64,000 nucleotides of DNA from contig NC_086108.1 of the NCBI RefSeq assembly GCF_963921235.1, forward strand, positions 84,508,001-84,572,000. The letters are read 5' to 3'. Both the position numbers and the translations under genes were made by a program. Of the stretch, positions 38,348 to 49,546 are shown in pieces. Origin of the DNA: Mobula hypostoma (lineage: Eukaryota). Every line of letters begins with the position of its first letter. Position 1 is the first letter of the stretch. The notes under the pieces were generated by a model. It was not told the origin of the DNA, did no database searches, and saw nothing but the letters and a program-made list of their open reading frames with translations.

Positions 38348-39122
38348 ACACATGGTGTGAGCAGAATTATCTGTAGCTTAATGTGAAAAAGACTAAGGAG
38401 CTGGTGGTAGACCTGAGGAGAGCTAAGGTACCGGTGACCCCTGTTTCCATCCAGGGGTCAGTGTGGACATGGTGGAGGATTACCAATACCTGGTGATACG
38501 AATTGACAATAAACTGGACTGGTCAAAGAACACCGAGGCTGTCTACAAGAAGGGTTAGAGCCGTCTCTATTTCCTGAGGAGACTGAGGTCCTTTAACATC
38601 TGCCGGACGATGCTGAGAATGTTCTATGAGTCTGTGGTGGCCAGTGCAATCATGTTTGCTGTTGTGTGCTGGGGCAGCAGGCTGAGGGTAGCAGACACCA
38701 ACAGAATCAACAAACTCATTCGTAAGGCCAGTGATGTTGTGGGGATGGAACTGGACTCTCTCACGGTGGTGTCTGAAAAGAGGATGCTGTCTAAGTTGCA
38801 TGCCATCTTGGTTAATGTCTCCCATCCACTACATAATGTACTGGTTGGGCACAGGAGTACATTCAGTCAGAGACTCATTCCACCGAGATGCAACACAGAG
38901 CGTCATAGGAAGTCATTCCTGCCTGTGGCCATCAAACTTTACAACTCCTCCCTTGGAGGGTCAGACACCCTGAGCCAATAGGCTAGTCCTGGACTTATTT
39001 CCTGGCTTAATTTACATATTACTATTTAACTATTTATGGTTTTATTACTATTTATTATTTATGGTGCAACTGTAATGAAAACAAATTTCCCCCGGGATCA
39101 ATAAAGTATGACTATGACTATA
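38348..39122 (+). mobile_element. Rex1/Babar LINE 3' part, same subfamily as 6950-8060
   Basis: ORF 38610..38981 has ...SHPLH...RCNTERHRKSFLPVAIKLYN. Tail is aataaagtatgactatgactat. Confidence 0.95.
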
Positions 39123-39369
39123 ACGTGCTGTGTAGGACAATATACTTAGCAGTTGAGTATTCTCTAGCCTGCCACGTCTGGGATGAATTTAAAACAAAGC
39201 AGATCCTAGATTGTAACAGATCTCCTGGCTCTCTCATAGTATATTTCACATCTTTATTTGTTGTTGGTTTTTCATTTCCTTAGTTTTGTTACTATGTAAG
39301 TTTTCCTGAGACTTTCATAACCACAGTCCCAAGTTAGTCATCAGTAATGCTGAAGTTCAGTAAGTTTCC

Positions 39370-40630
39370 AAAGTTCAAAGTAAATTTATTATCTGGACCT
39401 GCTTTCTCCCTCGGCGTCTCAGGTAATGGCTCATTAGCCCTTGCTGGCAGTCTTCCAACTCAAACCTATGGTTCTCCAGCCTCTGTCTAGGGTATTGGTG
39501 TGAATGCTGTGCGATTTGCTGCCCTGTTACAGCCCGTTGGCAGGAAATAACAGATCACACACTGCGTACAATTAAAGGAAGTATATTTATGAATAATAAC
39601 TAAAAAGGGCCCATTTTAATTAATCAGTCAAATGTGCACAATCTTCCACAAGTCATATTCATTCATCCTCAGCAGGCTCCCGCACATTGCTCCATTGAAT
39701 CACGGTCCCCACCAGATTGAATCCTACGACCGGTTCCCTCCAGCGTCTCCTCTCTTTTTTCCTCACCAAACCAAGTATACACAGAACCAAGTCAGGCACA
39801 AAAAAAACTGCTCCCCCATCCTTCTTTTCTGATTGGATGGCCCACATTCCTAAGCACCCCTTATCGCTAACAATGATCCGAACACCGCATCTACTGAAAG
39901 ACCATTACATGAAATACACTATAATGTTAGCAGTGAAACCTTTACCAGGGTGTTACATATCTAAGCACAAATACGTCACCATATACAACCCTGAGATTTG
40001 TTTTCTTGCAGACATACCCAAATCCAAAAGACATAATAGAAACAATGAAAGACTGCATCCAACAGGATGAACAAACAACCAATGTGCATAGGACAACTGT
40101 GCAAACACAAAAGAGGGAAAAAAGTAAGCAATAAATATCAAGAACATGAGATGAAGAGACCTTGACAGTGAGTCCATTGGTTGTGAGAATGATTCAAGGA
40201 TGGGATGACTGAAGTTGACTGATGTTAACCCCTCTGATTCAAGAGCCTGATGGTTAAGGGGTAATAACTGTTCCTGAACCTGATGCGGTAGGTCCTGAGG
40301 CTCCTGTACCTTCTTCCTGATGGTTGCAGCAAAAAGAAGGCATGGCCTGGGTGGTGGGTGTCCTTGATTATGGATGCTACTTTCATAAGACAGCACTCCA
40401 TGTAGATGTGCTCACTGGTGCGGAGGGCTTTACCCATTAGGTACTGGGCCATATCTACCACTAATTGTAGCATTTTCCATTCAAGGGCATGGGTGTTTCC
40501 ACACCAGGCTGAGATCTAACCTGTCAATGTACACTCCGCCATATATCTATAGAAGTTTGTCAAAGTTTTAGATGTCACGCCAAATCTTTGCAAACTTCTA
40601 AGGAAGCAAAGGTGCTGCTGTGCTTTTGCG
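39370..40630 (-). mobile_element. Rex1-type 3' fragment, interrupted at 39394-39957
   Basis: ORF 40225..40473 has ASIIKDTHHPGHAFFLLQPSGRRYRSL. Reverse tail is aagttcaaagtaaatttattatc. Confidence 0.85.
39394..39957 (-). mobile_element. Probable solo LTR
   Basis: 564-bp insert with TG...CA ends and a 4-bp TATC duplication (39390-39393 / 39958-39961). The reverse strand begins tgtaacaccctgg. Confidence 0.55.
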
Positions 40631-41029
40631 GCAAGATAGTCCAGTACTCACATACTGGTTTGTGGCACAATCTGTCTAGCTAAGGAACCTACAAATACCG
40701 TTGCTGCAAGACAATCCCAAAGGAGCCACATACCAAAAGGGTTATTGAATTACTTCACAGTGTAACCAGTCAGAATGTAAACGGGTTGTGTTATGCTGCC
40801 TGAATGGATATGGATGTTGTGTGGAAGCATACCTGTGCTGTTGTTTCTTTTATATGGGAGATGGACAGTTGGTTTAATAGTAACCTGAAGAAATGCTATA
40901 GAACTGAGACAATGTAGAACAAGCAGCACAGCTATCTGAAAATGCAGTAACTACTAATGCAAGCATTTGCTTCTTTGTTATTTGGAAACCTTGCAAATGA
41001 AAAAGGATCTATTGCTTTCCTGGAGTACA

Positions 41030-41537
41030 TAACGAATAAACTCTTCCCGGGCTTCCAGCTGGGTACAGGTATCGATTTTAACCAGAATTTTGATGACAAA
41101 CTCAGCCATCTTAATCAGGGATGATGCCATTGTGAATGCAATGTTCTGCTACCACCAGTTTCTCCATTTGGGTTACTAATTCAGTGGTAGCAGAACATTG
41201 CATTTGCAATGGCCATAGGATTGACTTTGACAGCACAAGACTACTGTGCTGTGCTTTTGGGATCGCCTGGTGAAGGAAAGCACTGAAATGAAACTAGAGG
41301 AAAAGAATTTTAACAAAGACAAAGGTCTCGCTCTAAGTAAGAACTGAAATTCAATTGTATACAAGGTGGGACAACGGAAACCTGATTGGATGAGGACTAA
41401 CCAATGAGGAAGGACGGATGATGGGGGTATAAGTACCTCCGGACTAGACATGCCCAGTCATCATCCCTGATAAAGATGACAGAATTTGTCGTCGAAATGT
41501 CAGTTAAAATCGATACCTGTACCCAGCTTGAGCCAGA
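41030..41537 (+). mobile_element. Second Penelope-like family: GIY-YIG C-terminal remnant + terminal repeat, with an inverted partial copy at its 5' end
   Basis: Remnant reads GHRIDFDSTRLL...FWDRLVKESTEMKLEEKNFNKDKGLALSKN. 41057-41126 is the reverse complement of 41459-41528, and 41126-41155 is the reverse complement of 41184-41213. Confidence 0.85.
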
Positions 41538-41857
41538 CCAAAACAGTATGATGATGAAGTTGATGGATCAAGAAGTATGAACAATTGTGCATGAGATCAG
41601 AGATTTATATGGAGAATGGGGAGGGGATTGCTTATATGTAATATTGGAAGCATAAAAGCAACTGAATAGAGACTGTGATGTCAGTTTGCATCATATTGAT
41701 TTGATGGAACCAACAATATGTCTGTGTTATTGTTAATAGAGTAGATTATCCTTGCATGGGAGATAATGATAAACAGTAATTCAATTTCCACAAGGTACTG
41801 ACCTAGATGGAGTTAGTTTACCTGTGATATTCAATGGATGAAAAAATTTTGACCACT

Positions 41858-42925
41858 AGAACCAGAATCAGAATCAGGTTTATTACCACCGGCATGTGAC
41901 GTGAAATTTTTTAACTTAGCAGCAGCAGTTCAATACAATATATAATGTAGAAGAAAAAAACAAATATAATAAGTAAATCAATTAGAGTATATGTATATTG
42001 AAAAGATTAAAAATCATGCACAGAAACAGAAACCCTATATATTAAAAGTGAAGTAGTGTCCAAGGATTCAATGTCCATTTAGGAATCGGATGGCAGAGGG
42101 GAAGAAGCTGTTCCTGAATCGCTGAGTGTGTGCCTTCAGGCTTCTGTATCTCCTACCTGATGGTAACAGTGAGAAAAGGGCATGCTCTGGGTGCTGGTGG
42201 TCCTTAATAATAGACGCTGCCTTTCTGACACACCGCACCTCGAAGATGTCCTGGGTACTTTGTAGGCTAGTACCCAAGATGGAGCCGATTAAATTTAAGA
42301 CCCCCTCGGTCCTGTGCAGTAGCCCCCCCCCCATACCAGACAGTGATGCAGCCTGTCAGAATGCTCTCCAAGGTACATCTATATAAGTTTTTGAGTGTAT
42401 TTGTTGACATACCAAATTTCTTCAAACTCCTAATGAAGTATAGCCGCTGACTTGCCTTCTTTATAACTGCATCGATATGTTAGGACCAGGTTAGGTCCTC
42501 AGAGATCTTAACACTCAGGAACTTAAAACTGCTCACTCTCTCCATTTCTGATCCGTCAATGAGGATTGGTATGCGTTCCTTCATCTTACCTGTCCTGAAG
42601 TCTACAATCAGATCTTTTGTCTTACTGACGTTGAGTGCCAGGTTGTTGCTGCAGCACCACTCCACTAGTTGGCATATCTCACGCCTGTATGCCCTCACAT
42701 CACCTGAGATTCTACCGACAATGGTTGTATCATCAGCAAATTTACAGATGGCATTTGAGCTATGCCTAGCCACACAGTCTTGGGTATATAGAGAGTGTTG
42801 ATTGTCAGCGAGGAGATATTATCACCAATCTGCACAGATTGTGGTCTTCCAGTTAGGAAGTTGAGGATCCAATTGCAGAGGGAGGTACAGAGGCCCAGGT
42901 TCTGCAACTTCTCAATCAGGATTCA
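41858..42925 (-). mobile_element. Rex1/Babar LINE fragment
   Basis: ORFs 42480..42773 ([10 protein letters not shown]...LNVSKTK) and 42068..42334 (HALFSLLPSGRRYRSL...NSFFPSAIRFLN). Tail is (ttctga)n. Confidence 0.9.
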
Positions 42926-43329
42926 CTGATTCAATGCCCATTTAGGAATCGGATGGCAGACAGGTAGAAGCTGTTCCTGTACCTCTGAGTGTGTGCCTTC
43001 AGGCCAATGCATTCAAGACCATTTATTCACAATGAATGTGTTTCTTTCTTCTGAAGATTGAAGGATGAGTCTAAACACATGGATGACATTCACCTAGCCT
43101 TAGGAACCTCAGGGAAGTTATAGGAATAGGAAACATATAGGAAATAGTAGAACAGACTAATAACACAATCATCTATGTCAAGGATCACCAGAGCTCATGG
43201 ACTGTGATATACTCATCAACAAAAACCTGTTGTTAAATATAAAAATTCACTGTTAATAAATTCTTCATTTTTTTCCCCAAAAACTACTGCTTCCTATTCA
43301 CTTTGTACTGCCCTATTCTAGTCTTCATA

Positions 43330-44170
43330 ACAGTGGCTACCCTCATCAATATCAATGTTGAGTCGGCATACAGAGAGGAGGTAGAAAGGCTTGTCAAATG
43401 GTGTGAGAACAACTACCTGAGTCTCAACATGGACAAGACAAATGAGATGATTGTGGACTTCTGAAAGGCACAGGTTAACCACTTTCCATTGCACATTCAT
43501 GGCTCTACAGTAGAGAGAATGAAGGGCACAAAACAGGTGATCTAACATGAACCCACAACACCTCCTTAGTCATCAAGAAGGCACGGCAGAGTCTACATTT
43601 TCTGAGGAGACTAAGACAGGAAGGGCTCCCCACCTCCATTCTAACAACTTTCTACAAAAGCATCAATGAGTGTCCTGTCTGGCTCGATCACTGTATGGCA
43701 CAGCTGCTGCAAGACATCGGACTACAAGACCCTTTGGAAGACGGTAAAAACTGCCAAAAGGATCACCAGGGTCTCTCTCCCCACTAGGTACTTATTTGTG
43801 TCATTTACTAGGAGCACTGTCTACGAAGGGTCCAAAGCACTGTTGATGTCTCCCTCTTTCCAATCCCACAATCCCTTTGACCCACTACCATCAAGGAAGT
43901 TACAGGAGCAAGGACTTGGACTGCCAGACTGGTTAAAAGCTTCTTCCCTCAGATTGTGAGACTAATGAGTACCCTGCCACCACAAAGGTCTCATCACCTG
44001 GACAGCAAGCTGTTTACTGTTTAACTGTGCTTCACACTATATGCATTTGGAATTATCTTGTTTCATGTGCTCTGTGTGATGTATGTTTTATGGCTGCAGT
44101 GTGGTCCGGAGAGACGTTGTTTCATTTGGCTGCATAAGTGTGCAGTCAGATGACAATAAACTTGAACTTA
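43330..44170 (+). mobile_element. Degenerate Rex1/Babar fragment
   Basis: WCENNYLSLNMDKT and KKARQSLHFLRRL remnants. Tail is gacaataaacttgaactt. Confidence 0.8.
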
Positions 44171-44394
44171 CACTTCAGTCTGGATGATGTCAATTTTCTA
44201 GAACTGCACTTATCCGGGTAAAGAGTATTATGCCACACTCCCAAATCCTGCCTTGGAGATGGTGCAAGGGCTTTGAAGTGTTAGAATGTCAATCACTCAC
44301 CATTAGATATCCAATATCTGACCTGATTCTGTATCCACAGCGTTTTGAGGGCTGACTTCATTAAGTTTCTGGTAAATGACCTCCTCCCACCCCA

Positions 44395-44537
44395 TACAAC
44401 AGGAATTCTGCAGATGCTGGAAATTCAAGCAACACACATCAAAGTTGCTGGTGAACGCAGCAGGCCAGGCAGTATCTCTAGGAAGAGGTGCAGTCGACGT
44501 TTCAGGCCGAGACCCTTCGTCAGGACTAACTGAAGGA
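44395..44537 (-). mobile_element. Solo ~145-bp PLE terminal unit
   Basis: Essentially the reverse complement of 55859-55991. No PLE coding sequence is attached. Confidence 0.9.
44491..44528 (-). ncRNA. Minimal type-I hammerhead ribozyme motif, intact core
   Basis: Reverse strand reads UAGUC CUGACGA AGG gucucgg CCU GAAAC GUC GACUG, identical to 60754-60791. Confidence 0.8.
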
Positions 44538-45329
44538 AGGAAGAGGAATGTTAACGGTGGGGATAGTGATGATGTTATTGTGATTAAGTCAGTGCTTATT
44601 TGACATTGTACATAAAACATAAGGTACTCCATTCAACAACTGGATTTCTTTTGCTCCTAGAAGTTTCTACCTGCACAGTATCTGCTCTCCATGACTTACT
44701 GAGGCAGCAGCGGAGCACCCTTTGGAACAGGCTCATTCTGTAATGATCCTTGTGACAGCGGAACTGAAAATCTTTCCTACCAAATGCAATAAGCATACAC
44801 AAGTTCATCTCTGTGCAACAGAACACACATCATAGTACAATAATCTCCTTTATTATTCTGTACATTATTTTTGCACAGTATTGCACATGGGTAAATTAAT
44901 ATTGTGTATATTTCTATGCTGTACTTTACTATTAGTTAATATCATATTATCTATTATTGCCAAGTGTGTTGTTAAATGTTGTTGCCGTAACAAAATAACT
45001 TCCCACTCGGGATCAATAAAGTACTTATTATGATTATTAAAAGTCTACTGCCAGCATTAACTCCCATTAAGAGAAGTTGTCATTAAATGTTCAAGATGCA
45101 ACTTTAGACACTGGGAGCACCTCCATTTGATGTTTCTGTCTTACAGAACTGAAATATTCCTGTGGTAAGGTGGAACAAATCAAGACCACTGTTATCTTAC
45201 AACATCAAGTGACTATGTCTGTGAAATTTTAAACATGACAGTTACTGAGCTGCTGAAACATGAGAACAGAATTCAAGAAGGGCAAGTCAACCTACAACGT
45301 ATTTGCTAGTTGGTTTTGTATAAATGTAG

Positions 45330-45960
45330 CAATATTCAAAGTAAACTATCAAAATGCATATATGTCACCATATACTACCCTGAGATTCATTTTCTTGAGA
45401 GAATTCACAGTAGATACAAAGAACACAATAGAATCAATGAAAAACTGCTCACAAAGACGGACAGAAAACCAATGTGCAAAAGATGATCAGCTGTGCAAAG
45501 ACAAAAAAAAAAATCAATCAATCAATATTGAGAATGAGTTGCAGGGTCCTTGAAAGTGAGTTCATTAAGTTGTGGAATCAGTTCTGGTTCAGGAGCTGGA
45601 TGGTTGAAGAGCCATTGTTCCTGAACCCGGTACTGTGGGACCCAAGACTCCTCTACCTAATTCCCGATGGCAGAAGCAAGAAGAGAGCATGGCCTGTATT
45701 GTGGGGCCATGCATAGAACATAGAAAACCTACAGCACAATGCAGGCCTTTCAGCCCACAATGCACTTACTTTAGAAATTACCTTGGGTTACCCCTAGCCC
45801 TCTATTTTTCTAAGCTCCATGTACCTATCCAGGAGCCTCTTAAAAGACCTTATCGTATCCGCTTCCACCACAGTCGCCGGCATCCCATTCTCTGCGTAAA
45901 AAACTTACCCCTGACATCCCCTCTGTACCTACTTCCAAGCACCTTAAAACTGTGCCCTCG
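45330..45960 (-). mobile_element. Adjacent Rex1-type (45330-45710) and CR1 (45715-45960) 3' remnants
   Basis: Reverse tails match other copies (ttcaaagtaaac...; catagaacatagaa). Confidence 0.7.
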
Positions 45961-46402
45961 CACAGATCCATTTTGTTCCAAGATCCACTTCCAGGCTTAA
46001 GATAATATTTTCTTGACACTCCAACTTTAACTATTTATATTTACACTTCAGATTTGCATCCAGGACAATTTATTATTTTCTATCAGTGTAGAAGATGTCA
46101 AGATTTACATACTTTACTGTTGTCCTAGAACTTATGATGTTATCCTACACATACAGCACACTTCCTGTAAAGTGACTTGTTTTATTCTTACCTCACAGAC
46201 TGAACTATTATTGTGGAGACAGAGGTCACATATCCACCTTTAGATCCTAATTAACTCTAGGCAATAATTTGTTCTAATGCATTGAGTATAAACAGCTTTG
46301 ATTCAACCACCTCTTAGCTCCATTGATTGGTTTCTACCTTGATCTTTGTTGCTATCTGTATGGAGTTTGTACAGTCTTCCTGCGAATGCTCATTAATATG
46401 TG

Positions 46403-47743
46403 CAGACATCCCACCTCTCCCGGAAGATCCGGGAGTCTCCCACATATCCATAGTGGCTCCCTGACGCCCAGAAATTATATACAATATCCCCAAAATAGAT
46501 TTTTTTTTGAGAGGGAGAGCGAGCATCCTGATTGGTCTCTCTTTGTGCTAAGAGTGGTCCCCAACCACCGGGCCGTGAGGAAACAATATGAGTTGGTGAT
46601 ATGAAACAATATGAATCATTTGCACCTTTCCTCATTCCCTGTCACGCACTGTTGAACTTGAACGCACGCGAGGTCATTACCCGCGGGTCATCCATGTCAG
46701 CGCCGGAAAAAGATCAACTCCTCGAGCTTGTAAATGACGATGGGCTGAAAAGTATGTTTGATATTAACATCTCTGCCGGCATTCTGGATCAAAGTCAAGG
46801 CTAAATATCCTGAAATAGCCATGAAAGTACTGAAAACGTTGCTTCCATTTCCAACATCATATTTCTGCGAGGCAGAGCTTTCTGCAATGAATGCAACGAA
46901 AACTAAATTGCGGAATAGACTGGACATAAGGAACCCCCTTCGAGTATCGCTGTCTCCAATCACCCCTCGATGGGACCATCTTGTTGCAGGAAAACAAGCC
47001 CAGGGCTCACACTGATTCAGCGATATTGGTGTGTTGCAATGATTTTATATGCTCATACGGGGAAAATATGCGCTGTGTGTTTAATATCCAAACGTTACTT
47101 AAAATGTTATGATGCTATTGACTTATCACCTATATTCTGGTCGTAATTAACACCACCCCGCCCCCGCCCCCCCGCCGGTCGGCCGGCCGCAAGAATATTA
47201 TCAATATTAAACCGGTCTGCGGTGCAAAAAATGTTGGGGACCCCTGCTAAGTAGACCTATCAGTTTTCTCTGTGGGCAGGCTTTACAGTCGTTATCAAAA
47301 ATAATGACAGTGTTGCTCGCTGCACTGTTTGCAACAGTGACTTTTCTATTGCCCATGGTGGCCTAAAATGTAAAAGACATGTTGAAGGAGTTTAACAGGT
47401 GTCATTCGTTCATTAGCATAGCTAACGTTATTTAAACTAGCTGGCTAGCTGCTAAGGAGCTATGCTATTGATGTCCTACATGATGAGGCCAAACTCCCTG
47501 TAGACTTGCTTAAAGTTGTAATAGAATAAACATGATAATATAAGTACATATTTTAATGTCACATTTGCTGCATATACCCAACTTAGTTTACAGACTAGAC
47601 AAAATCACTAAACAAAGTATTACATACACCCTTGGAGGTCGACTGGGGGGGCGGGGGGGGGAATATGGTGTTGCGGGGGTGCTACCTCCCTGAAATGGTG
47701 GTGATACCTCCCTGAAATGAGTTTTTGCAGGGTGGGATGTCTG
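46403..47743 (+). mobile_element. Non-autonomous hAT-like element with a BED zinc-finger remnant
   Basis: 13-bp TIR cagacatcccacc / ggtgggatgtctg, flanked by tatgtg on both sides. 47291-47395 encodes VIKNNDSVARCTVCNSDFSIAHGGLKCKRHVEGV. Confidence 0.8.
46553..47246 (+). mobile_element. hAT-Charlie/Buster deletion derivative keeping the transposase C-terminal dimerisation segment
   Basis: TIRs are agtggtccccaac / gttggggacccctg. ORF 46758..47015 has FWIKVKAKYPEIA...LLPFPTSYFCE...KTKLRNRLD...LRVSLS...KQAQGSH. Confidence 0.92.
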
Positions 47744-49106
47744 TATGTGCTCTCTTCTTCCCCACCCCACCACCACTTCTGTACTAAAGATGTAAAGACT
47801 GGTAGTTTAACCAACTACAATGAATTGGCTTCAGTGTGTAAGGGAGCAGTAGAATCTGGGAGGAAGTGATGCAATGTGGACACTCTTGGGGGAAATTAGT
47901 GGATGAATGGGATTGTTCTGAGAGCTGCACAGACTCAAAGGGCCAAATGGTCTCCTCTTATGACATAAGACATGTAAAAATACCTGTCAGTTTCAGCCAA
48001 AACAAAAAGGGAATAAATAATCAAACTAGCACACTTTCTACAGGGGTTTAAACCTTTTCTTAAAGGGTTTAACTGAAAATTATATTTGTTTCCTTCTGAG
48101 ATTAATAGATAATTAAAATAACTCAACCACTGGCATTTCCAAGAAGACATTGATAAACACTGTAGCCTTTGGCAAAGTAAGAGAGTACTTCAAAAGTTGT
48201 AAAGCACATTGAAAATCCGAAGAACAGAAATAATTCCTCTTGCTTCAAAATTATTACTGAATAAGATGGCTTCAATAAAGCAAGTTCCATTGGTTAAACT
48301 GAATGAAATAATCCCTCTGGAAAGATAAACCTTTTCTCTATATTTCCTGTTATCTGCCAATTTGGCCATATTCTCAAAGAAATGTGGACAGTGACTTTTG
48401 CAGCACATCCCGAAATGTGAATTTTATTAAAAACTGGTTTGCTCCCATCATCAGGAAGTCTTCGACAAAACCTCTTTTTCTTTCATACAAAAGGCACAGC
48501 TTTTCATTGTTTTAGGAATTAAGCAACTATCTTCACTGAGTTTCCATGACAGCAACATTCAGCTTGTTTTTGTAAAAGTTCCAATTCTGTGCAGCAAGTC
48601 AGAATGTGCCATCAAATTCTATCTGATTCATCAATTAAAATAAATCAACCAAACTTTTACTATCGATCTCTTAGATCAAAACAGTGTCAAAGATATTGGC
48701 AAAACCATTTTCACTCACTTTTTCCTGAGCACTAGAGAACTAAATATGCAGCTATCAACTGGATGTCAGTTAGAAAGTTTAATCACGCACTTCTCTACTG
48801 TAACTGGCTTTGCTTCTTCAGAGCGATTTTGTTATCCACCCAAAAACCCATTTGCTTCAACACTGGAACTTGTGGGCAAGTTAGAGTTGGGTTCCAAAAT
48901 TTTGAAAAGTACAACCAAACTTCCTTTGACAACATTGAATTCAAAGCACGTTTTCAGTTGTGTAAACTGACCTTTCCCAGTGAAAGAACGAAATAATCTG
49001 GCATTGCATGTATTTTCTAAGATTTATCCACCTATTGAGCAATGAAATTAGTTTCTTATTGATGATACACTTATGGAAAAGCCAGGGAACAAAACTCCCA
49101 TCATTA

Positions 49107-49543
49107 GCACAAGAAAATCTGCAGATCCTGGAAATCTAAAACAACACACACAAAATGCCGGAGGAACTCAGCGGGTCAAGCAGCATCTATGCAAAACAGC
49201 AGTTGATGTTTCAGGCCGAGACTCTTCATCAGAACTGGAAAGGAAGGGGGGGGGGGGAGTCAGAAAAAGGTGGTTGGGTGGCGGGGTGAACAGAAGGAAG
49301 AAATATGTGGTTGGTGATAGACGAAACCGGGGGAACAGTGAAAGAGAGGAGAGGGAGCAATTACTAGAGGTTTGAGAAATCGATGTTCATGCCATCAGGT
49401 TGGAGGTTAACCAGACTGAATACAAGGTGTTGCTCCTCCAACCTAAACGTAGCCTCATCGCAGCAGTAGAGGAGGCCGTGGACTAAAATGTCAGAATGGG
49501 AATGGGAATGGGAATGGGATGTAGAATTGAAATGGGTGGCCAT
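49107..49543 (-). mobile_element. PLE 3' fragment (older subfamily)
   Basis: Encodes ATHFNSTSHSHSHSD...RLEEQHLVF...LQPDGMNIDFSN, followed by the terminal repeat. Confidence 0.9.
49200..49237 (-). ncRNA. Hammerhead motif variant with compensatory helix I
   Basis: Reverse strand reads CAGUU CUGAUGA AGA gucucgg CCU GAAAC AUC AACUG. Confidence 0.6.
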
Positions 49544-49546
49544 CAT

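Noticed and set aside
46758..47015. Domesticated ZBED5/Buster-like host gene exon
   Set aside because: It lies between intact TIRs in a ~700-bp deletion derivative, so it is a transposon remnant.
49498..49518. G-quadruplex-like (GGGAAT)n, and similar G runs at 21182-21206
   Set aside because: Explained by slippage expansion within PLE sequence or by low complexity. Nothing indicates function.
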